Origin: a virus
Lineage: Duplodnaviria > Caudoviricetes
Length of the DNA stretch: 41,723 nt
Virus record (IMG/VR): IMGVR_UViG_3300038673_000125
Location: 1-41,723 of that record
Reading direction: 5' to 3' (one strand)
Made by a program: the position numbers and the translations under genes. The notes under the pieces are model-generated. The model did no database searches. It was not told the origin of the DNA and saw nothing but the letters and a program-made list of their open reading frames with translations. Each line of letters opens with the position of its first letter. Positions within the stretch are counted from its first letter, which is position 1. Below, piece after piece: positions 25,649-34,400 of the stretch.

Positions 25649-27069
25649 GGATCACTGTCCACTGCATCAACCCGCAGAACATGGCGTACTGGCAGAAGCC
25701 GAAGAACTATATGCGCGAAATGGACTTCGAGCGCGACTATATGCCCGGAAACGTTGCGGCAGAGATGGGCGATTGCCAAGAGACCGAAGCGTTGAAAGCA
25801 CAGGCGATTGCCGCGCGGAGTTTTGCCTATCAATACCTGCTGAAAAATGCCGCGATCTACGATACCGGGAAGGCGCAGGCGTTCCTCGCGTCGCGGGCGG
25901 CGTCGAAGAACTACCTACTGCACAGACAGGCCGCAGAGGAAACGGAAGGCATCGTTGTCTGCTACAACGGCAAGCCCTGCAATACGCACTATTCGCACTC
26001 CAACGGCGGGTATGTGAAGAAGTCCTCGAATAAGTGGGAGCCGGGCGGGTATGCCGACCCGTGGGACGACCAGAAAAAGAATGGTCACGGTTCCGGCATG
26101 AGCCAAGTTGGAGCGGAGAACATGGCCAAGGCCGGGAAAACATACCGGGAAATACTGGCGTTCTACTATCCGGGTACAGTTCTCGCGGCCGGATACGGCG
26201 ATACTGTGCTGACAGAGATAGAATGCGTAAAGATTGACGAACAGACCGAAACGGAGGTAACCCAGATGGCGCAGAAAACCAAAATGCAGGCCGTTATCGA
26301 CTTTATGCGGGCGCAGGTAGGAGAGCCGTATGATCTAGGCGACCACGGCCCCGACAAGTGGGACTGCTCAGGACTCACAATGGAGGCCGTTGAAGAAATC
26401 GGCCTGTATTGGCCGCACAGCTCGCATTATCAGTGGACAGAGAACATTAAGCCGGGCGGCGATTTCAACGCCTACGGCACGAGGGACACGCTTGACCGAA
26501 ACAAATCTGCGTTCCTGTTCAACTACGGCGAACGTACCAACGGCGAAATGGGTATGGTGCATGTTGGAGCATACGACGCGGCGACCGGAACCATCTTACA
26601 GGCTGGCGGCTATGGAAGCCCCGGCGTGTCCGACAAGCCGTACAATAGCGGATGGTTCTCACATTGGGCGACGCTGAAAGTTGCCGATGAACTGATTGAC
26701 GCGCCCGAAACGCCGCAGGACAAGCCCACTTCTACGCTTCGCATTGGCAGCCAAGGCGATCTGGTGCGAGAACTCCAGTATTTGCTGAATGCGGACGTTC
26801 TTGATGCGAACCTGAAAGTGGACGGCAAGTTTGGCCCGCTGACAGAAGGGGCTGTGATGAAATATCAAAGTCAATACGGTCTGAAAGTTGACGGAATTGT
26901 CGGCCCGCAGACTTGGAAATCGCTGTGGGAAGATAAGCCGGAACCTTCCGAAGAACCAGAAATTATTGATGATCCCCTGTTCGCCGTGACCGTGTACGAT
27001 CTGGACGCAGCGGCTCGAGATACACTTGTTGCACAGTTTCCCCGCACGACGTATACTCAACAGGAATGA
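25645..27069 (+). CDS. Endolysin: SpoIID/LytB domain + NlpC/P60 domain + peptidoglycan-binding domain
   Basis: VAAEM..EALKAQAIAARS and GHGSGMSQVGA..EILAFYYPG (SpoIID); QVGEPY..WDCSGL..HVGAY (NlpC/P60); LRIGSQG..VDGKFGPLT..VDGIVGPQTW (PG_binding_1). Confidence 0.9.
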   Translation: MRITVHCINPQNMAYWQKPKNYMREMDFERDYMPGNVAAEMGDCQETEALKAQAIAARSFAYQYLLKNAAIYDTGKAQAFLASRAASKNYLLHRQAAEETEGIVVCYNGKPCNTHYSHSNGGYVKKSSNKWEPGGYADPWDDQKKNGHGSGMSQVGAENMAKAGKTYREILAFYYPGTVLAAGYGDTVLTEIECVKIDEQTETEVTQMAQKTKMQAVIDFMRAQVGEPYDLGDHGPDKWDCSGLTMEAVEEIGLYWPHSSHYQWTENIKPGGDFNAYGTRDTLDRNKSAFLFNYGERTNGEMGMVHVGAYDAATGTILQAGGYGSPGVSDKPYNSGWFSHWATLKVADELIDAPETPQDKPTSTLRIGSQGDLVRELQYLLNADVLDANLKVDGKFGPLTEGAVMKYQSQYGLKVDGIVGPQTWKSLWEDKPEPSEEPEIIDDPLFAVTVYDLDAAARDTLVAQFPRTTYTQQE

Positions 27070-27094
27070 ACGATTAGAAATTAAGGAGGACAAC

Positions 27095-27298
27095 ATGGTT
27101 AACTGGAAAGATGTCATTGTTCGGGCGCTCAAGACCTTTGCGCAAACAGCCGGTTCGTATCTGATTGCGAACCTGTCCGGCGTAAACTTCTTTGAATCGC
27201 AGATCGAGAACTTCTGGCTTGGGCTTGGACTGTCTGCGGGAGCCGCCGGCATATCCGCCGCATGGAACATCATCATGGAAGCCATCAAGAACAAGTAA
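27095..27298 (+). CDS. Holin (r1t-like)
   Basis: AAGGAGG then ATG at 27095; WKDVIVRALKTFAQT; two hydrophobic segments. Confidence 0.82.
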   Translation: MVNWKDVIVRALKTFAQTAGSYLIANLSGVNFFESQIENFWLGLGLSAGAAGISAAWNIIMEAIKNK

Positions 27299-27319
27299 CC
27301 AAACGACCGAAGATAGGAG

Positions 27320-27604
27320 ATGATAGGCATGCCAGAAGCAGTTGTGACGGTTATTGTGGCCGTGTTAGGCTTGGCCGGGACATGGATCGGATCATACTTT
27401 GGGACAAAGAAGTCGGCTGTGCTGACTGCCTATCGTTTGGAACAACTCGAAAAAACCGTAGCAGAGAAAACAACCAGGAACTCAGAAAACAACGAAGCGC
27501 TCTGCTATCGCGTAAACAAACTGGAAGCTCGCTCTGATATCTTCGAGGAAAAGTTCAAGGTAACTAACCATCGGATTGATGATCTTGAGAAATCGAAAGC
27601 ATAG
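27320..27604 (+). CDS. Membrane-anchored coiled-coil lysis accessory protein (XhlA-like); start at 27320 or 27329
   Basis: N-terminal TM helix, YRLEQLEK, KVTNHRIDDLE. Confidence 0.7.
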   Translation: MIGMPEAVVTVIVAVLGLAGTWIGSYFGTKKSAVLTAYRLEQLEKTVAEKTTRNSENNEALCYRVNKLEARSDIFEEKFKVTNHRIDDLEKSKA

Positions 27605-27689
27605 GAGTGTTGCGGCAACCTCCCCGCAAGGGCAAGCCGCATCTGGGTGGGGCGGGGAGTAGGACTATCTAGCATAGGGGGCGCGAACG

Positions 27690-28445
27690 ATGGCAACTTA
27701 TACGGCCAAAACGGAAGAAGAAATCCGGGGCCAGGCCGAAACGGAATATCAGTCTTATTATGACCTGCTCAGGCAATCGGCGCAGCAGGATTATGAAACG
27801 GCCGATCTTTTGCTTGGTCAGCAAATTGAGGGGCTCGGCACAACCTACGGGAAACAGGCCGAGGAATCGAGAAAAGAATACGATCTTGCCTATTCGCAGT
27901 CCGCAAGAGAGGCCCTTTCGCGTGGGATGGGACGATCTTCCTATGCTGTCCAAACGCTTGCGAATGTCGATCAGGCCGGGATTGAAGCGAAGCAGGGCAT
28001 CATGGACGCACAGGCGGCGGCTGAGGCGAACCTTGAAGCGCAGCGCAAACAACTGGTTTCGCAACTCACTGAAAAGCTCACAACCTACGACGCGAGCCAA
28101 GCCGCTGATATCCTGAAACGAATTGCTGAGATTCAAGAAACCGAATACGCGAAACAGTATCAGGCCGAACGCGATGCGGCGGCTGATGCGCAATGGCAGG
28201 CCGAATACAACGAAATGGTTCGGCAGTTCGACGCGTCTTTGGCGGCGAGTAAAAAATCGTCTAGCAGTTCGTCTAAGAAAACAACCGCCGTTACCGAACC
28301 GACATATGACGCGGCTCAAGTATATCAAAACCTGATATCTGCATTGTCTAACGCGGATAAGCCCGCTACTTGGGTGGATAAGACCGTAGCTGATGAAACC
28401 GGAGATCCAGAGGTTCATTTGAATCTTGCTAAATTGTGGGGCTAA
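27690..28445 (+). CDS. Putative internal virion (ejection) protein
   Basis: Ala/Gln-rich helical protein with an ALSRGMGRSS motif; precedes the giant protein. Confidence 0.65.
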   Translation: MATYTAKTEEEIRGQAETEYQSYYDLLRQSAQQDYETADLLLGQQIEGLGTTYGKQAEESRKEYDLAYSQSAREALSRGMGRSSYAVQTLANVDQAGIEAKQGIMDAQAAAEANLEAQRKQLVSQLTEKLTTYDASQAADILKRIAEIQETEYAKQYQAERDAAADAQWQAEYNEMVRQFDASLAASKKSSSSSSKKTTAVTEPTYDAAQVYQNLISALSNADKPATWVDKTVADETGDPEVHLNLAKLWG

Positions 28446-28456
28446 GGAGATAGGCT

Positions 28457-31400
28457 ATGCCAAATTATTCTACGGTCGCAACAGCGCTTCAACAGCTTTT
28501 GTATGAAAAAGATGATTCTGATAAATGGTATTCTGGCGATGCTCCGACCGAAAGCGAAATACTAGCTAAAATTTACACCGTTTACGGGGCTGACACTAAG
28601 AGCACGAAACAGTATTTCAGTGCGCTTAATCTTTTGCACACCGATAAATCCAGCCCGCTATATAATCCATACACGGCGGCAACAAACTCCGCGCTGCGGG
28701 CGATTTCTGATTATGGTGTCGATACGTCACGCGGAATCACTGACGATTGGATTCAAGAATACTCTTATCTGAAAAACTATTATCGCGTAGGAGAGGGCGG
28801 CACGCCACTAGCGCCGTCTGCGAAATCCTCGAACGAGGAAAACGCTGCTTATTACTATTACAAGATTCTGAAATCAGAGGAAACCACGCGCAAGGCAGAA
28901 ACCGAATGGGCGGCTTTGCAGGAGGAAATCAATTATTGGGCCGCACGGACCGACCGGAATTATTCTGACCAGCAGATCCTTGACAAAATCGATTGGAGCA
29001 AGTATTCCACACTGACGGCTCTGGACGAGGATAAGAACCTTGGCACGCCAACTTCTTTGAACCGTGCAATCGATTACAGCACCGACGTATTGTCCGGTGT
29101 TGTTTGGGGCGCTCGGAACAAATCTACGGGCAATGTTTTTGTTGACAGCGTTCAGGCGGCGCTTGGGGCTGGCCGTCAGTATCGGCAGGACGCGGATATC
29201 GCCGCCAAACTTGACCCGACGAGCGATCAGTTTAATCCGTACAGTGTCGGAAGCACAGCGGACGCTGCCATGCTGTACTTTGGCATTTCTTCCGCTGATG
29301 ATGATTGGCTGACAAAGAATCGCGGGATCCTTTCGTCCGGCGACAAAACGGCGATCAACTACTACCAGACACTTTTTGATGCGCGGCAATTTACCAAGCA
29401 GGCCGAAAGCGAACTGGAACGCCTGTATGCCGATATCGATGAATATTTGCTGACGAGCTCTGACCCTGACCGAATTATCGACAATCTGCTGACCGACAGC
29501 GCGATTCGTTCCACGGAGAAATATGGCGAAGAAGGTTATCCTACGCTGCGAAAACTGGACAGCAGCCTGAAAAGCGGCGAACTGTACAACACGTCCGGCG
29601 CGATCGATTACAGGTGGAGCGATGTTGAACAGTATATCCGCGACCGTTGCGAAGAAATCAATGCAGAGAAAGCTGAAATCCTTCGCGTCAAGTCTGAGAA
29701 TTCTGTTACCGAGATTAAGAATGAAATCATCAATTCTGCCGGGGATACCATCAAATACGTCGGTACGGACGGCGAAAAAGATGCTTTCAATTTCACATAC
29801 AGTGCGAATTTTAACGAGTATGTCAATGCGATTAAGGCCGAGATTGACAACGGCAAAATGACGGGCGGCGCGACGTATGAGTACGCGCTTGGACGTGCGA
29901 ACGAATATGCGGCCAAGAACTATATGGCGCTCAAGGATACCGTCGCCAAATACGAATCTGCGCAAGCTGAACTGGCCGAAGCACAGGCCGGTCTTGCAGA
30001 AGCGGAAAAATCCGGCGAGAACATGCTGGCCCTTGACAGCGACGTAACCCGCATGAACATTGCCGTCAGTGAAAATACCGCCTATCTTGAGAAAAACAAA
30101 GCCAAGTATGAGAAAGCATTGCAGGGCATCACGGCGATAGAAGAAGCCTACACCGCTGCAAATGAGATCGGGGATATTGTTGGTGGCGATATTTCCGACG
30201 GCATTGTGCCTGTGATGAATTTTGCCTACGAATATGGCAGCGAGTACATCCCAACGGAGTGGAGCCCGCAGACTATTTACGATGCCGCGATTGAGGCCGG
30301 ATATTCCTTTGACGAGGTTTCCGCCATAGCAGAGGCGCAACTTCCGGTGCTTGAAGAAAATATCAAAACGATTGACTTTGCGCTTTCTGTCCTTAAAGAG
30401 AACAAGGTTCAGATAGACGGCTCATATATCAACAATTTGAACCGTCGCAAAAGTGAGTTCATACGCGATACGAAAGACGCTCAGTATTTATTATTGCAGA
30501 ATGAACAAGATTTCGAGTCAAAGTCTAGCGAATATGCACAAAAAGTAAAGGACGCATGGAAAGGATATAACCCGCTTGTAACGTTTAATAACAAACCGAT
30601 ATTAGGCACAGGATCAAAAGAAGGGTTCAGCTATCTTTCGCTTTGCATGGTTGATATAACAAAAAGCCTTGGACAGAATTACGCTGCCGCAATGACGGAA
30701 GCGGAACGAAACACTTACCTTTATCTGGCCGATACGCAGGGCGAAGAAGCGGCGCAGGAATATTATACCCATCTTACCGATGCGACGTATGGAGCCGTTA
30801 TAGTTCGGCAGTCGCAGAAGTTTGGGGAGATCGTACAGGACTTTGCAGATCAGAACGCCATCGGCGCGACAGTTCTTTCGATCGTGGCTTCTCCGTTGCA
30901 AATTTCCGGTACGATATACGCCGCGGGAACCGCCATCGCTGGAAATGAGATCAACCCGTATAATCCCGCTTTCTCCATGACAACGCTTGTGCAAGGATCG
31001 CGGGAAACCGTCAAGGCGAATATCACAGAAAGCCTTGGAGAAGGGACGTTCGGCGCGTTCGCGGCGAATCTGGCATACGATATCGGTACGACGAGCGCTG
31101 ACAGCCTGACGAGTGCATACTTGGGCGGGAGCGCAATTGGCGGCACGCTTCTGATGTCCGGGGAAGCGACGGCAGCTGTAATCCAGTACGCAAAACAGCG
31201 CGGAGCAACGGACGAACAGGCGCTATCGGTTGGCGGCATCGCGTTCGCCGCTGAGTTTGCCACTGAAATCATTCCGCAGACGTTAATGCGCAAGGCTTTT
31301 CGCGCCGGTGCTGCCGGGAACGTATCTGCATTCAAAAAGATTATCGCGGCAGACATAACATCCGGAACGCTCGGCGAAATGCTGGCAGAATTGATCGAGG

Positions 31401-34400
31401 GCACTTCTGATACGCTGATTATGGGCGAACTGTCGCAACGTGAACAGCGCGTGAATTCCTATATTGATCAGGGCATGACAGCGGAGGAAGCGGAGAAACA
31501 GGCTAATTGGGACTTCTTTTACGAGATCGGATACGCCGGACTGGTCGGATTGTTTGCAGAAGGAACCGGGCAAGTGTCGGCGTTCACTGCTGGTAAAATA
31601 TCCAGCGTATTCAAGCCTACGCAGAAAAATACGCCGCCTAGCGATAATGCTCCTGTGGAGCCCGAAAACGGCCCGAATTTGAACGATAATATTGCTGGTG
31701 CAAATATTCAGACTGAGGTTGAAACTCCTGCTGGTGAACAGGCAGGGAACGGACAGGGGCAAGTTGAAGCAGAGTCACCGGTCGTGGAGCCTGTGCAGGC
31801 CGAAAATGTTGCGTCGGTCGAGCCGCCTGCAGAGATTAACGCGGACCTGTCCGAAGAAAGCGAAGAAATCCAGCGCATTTTCCCGATAGCATATGATCGG
31901 GCCAGAACGGATACGATAACACGATACGCAGCCAAACAAATCGCAGACCAGATCAAAGCCGAGGGCCGGGTATATTCTGCTGGATCTTTGGCAAATGCAA
32001 TTATGGCGCTGTCCGATGCAACAACCGCAGAAAATTTTCTTTCCGGCGTCAAAGAGATTGCGGCGGATTTAGCAACGGATAATAGTGCCGTTACCGAAGA
32101 ATACTCGGAAATAAAACAAATTCTCCGTGATAGGGTTTTCCGGCTGAGTGATGCACAACGCTCAGAAGCGAAAAATTCTTCCGATGGAATGAGACGGTTC
32201 ATGAATTCCATAGTCGGGAAAACGAAAATGAGAAACGATGCGCAGATTACCCTGGATCAGTTGTGGCCAGAACTTAACGACAAGGCACCTAATTTGTTCG
32301 AAGCGGATATTGCTGAAACAGATATGCCAAGATTGCTTACCGAGGCACTGGATACAATTTATGCAAAAGGCAAACCTGATCCAAAGGCGCAACAAGAATA
32401 TCTTGAATTTATTTTATCGGCAATCGCTATAAGCGAAAAACCCAAAGAATCAACGGTGCGTTCGCTTGCCGCGCTGGGCGAAGCTCTTATGACGAATGAT
32501 CTTGCCGGGCAAGCGGCGGCTGTTGCCGCTTCATTGGAAGAATCAAGCGCGGATACGGACGCTGCGGTCGCGGCGAGCAAGGCGCTGATAAAACAACATG
32601 GCGCTCGTACCGTTGTCAAGACTATGCGCGACATCAAAAAGTTAGACGTACCGGGAGCAGAACTCGCGGTCATGGCGGCTGCGTTGAGCCAAGACGCCAA
32701 GGCAAACGCCGCGCTCAATACACTATTCCTCTCCCCGACTACCAAGAGAAACATCAATGCGCTTATCAACGCGGCAAAGGGTATTGCGGATAGAGGCGCA
32801 ATGCAAGCGGCCATTACTGACAGCATGGTTTCTGAACGCGTCAAGGAACTTGTCGGGGCTGGGAAATTGCAGGGGTTACAGTCCTTGCAAGCGTCCTTAT
32901 CACAATCGCGTCAAAACCTTACGGAATCTCAGGCCAAACTTGAACAGGCGCAACGTGATTACGATATATCGGGTGAAAACGCGCAGATCGCAAACGCACA
33001 GTTTATTCAGAACCCGTCCGCGCCGGAACTGCGCAACCGGGTATCTCAGGCGGTAAACGAGCTCAAGGGAAAAGCAATCGTTGTACAGCAGATGCAGGAA
33101 TCCGTTGAAAAATACACCACACAATTAGCCGCTGCGGATAAAATGCTCAAGTCCGCCCGGAATAATGCCATGAAAGATGTTCGGCAGCAGGCCATGGATG
33201 AAGTGAAACAGGCGCAAACGGAGCGCGAAGCCGGGATTAAGGCGGCCATATTGCGTGAGGCGGTTATGCCGGAACCGATGCAAGAGGTTCCGTTGTTTGC
33301 TAAGGCAAGCCAGCGCGGTACAGAACCGGCAGGGCGAACCAGAACGGCCGCTCCAGCACAGGTCGTCAGCCCGGTCGAAACTGCCGTACAACTTGCGGAC
33401 GCGCTGGGAATCGGCAAGACAATCAGCACGCGCAAAATGAACAGGTTCCCATCAAAAGTGAAAGGATATTATTTGGAACGGGCCCGGCACATGGCAATCC
33501 GGTCGGGAAATTCGAGCGATTTCACAATCACGATGCACGAGCTTGGACACGCCGTATCTGAGCGCCTTGGCATGGTTGGAACGGACGAAATGATTTCTAA
33601 TCTTCCGGGCATGTTTGCTGACCAGTATTCCGCAGACGCATTGCCGAAAGAATCGTTTGCCGAATTCTTCTGGCGATACATTGAGGACGAGGGAACCGCT
33701 CGTGCGTTTGCAGGGGATCCGTTCTATAATAACTTCGAGCGCGAAATGAAACGCGCCGGAATATATGATGCGGTTGCAGAATCCCGCGACAGGATACAGA
33801 CGTATAATTCTGTGTCAACCATCGAACAAACAAAAGCCCGGCTCGTTGACGCGAGCAAGAAAACCTATTCCAAGGACGGAATCCTAGACACGCTCCACAA
33901 TAGATTGCGCAACTTTGAAGCCGGGACGTTCAACTGGACCGCGTTTGCCCGTGATATTGACAAGCAGATCACCAAACAGGGCGGGAAAGCGGCTGTTGAA
34001 ACGCTGTTGCAGATGCGCAACTTCTCTGCGCGTCAGGCCGGAAACATGCTGAAAAATCCGCTGTTCGATCCTACGGGCCGGTATCAAATCGCCGGATCCT
34101 TTGCAGACACGCTTGCGCCGTACATAACTCCGCAGACGTTCGAGGACTACAATGCGTATCTTATCCTGCTACATTCTCTGGATATGGATGCGCTGAATAT
34201 CGAAGTCCTGAACACGCCAAGAGCGGACAGACAAGCCGCCGTCGCAGAAATGGAGCAGGCTAATCCTGAATTCAAGGAAGCCCGCGCCGCGTTAAGCGAA
34301 TGGTGGGACGCTCTTATGACGGCCTACATGGTTGAACCCGGATTGCTTTCCGCAGAAACCTATGCGGAGTGGAAGAAACAAAACCCGAACTATGTGCCGC

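Noticed and set aside
15111-30340. Long antisense ORFs (e.g. 15111..15908, 16110..17135, 17421..18542, 20130..21083, 28874..30340)
   Set aside because: Shadows of well-supported plus-strand genes, with no RBS or recognisable motifs.
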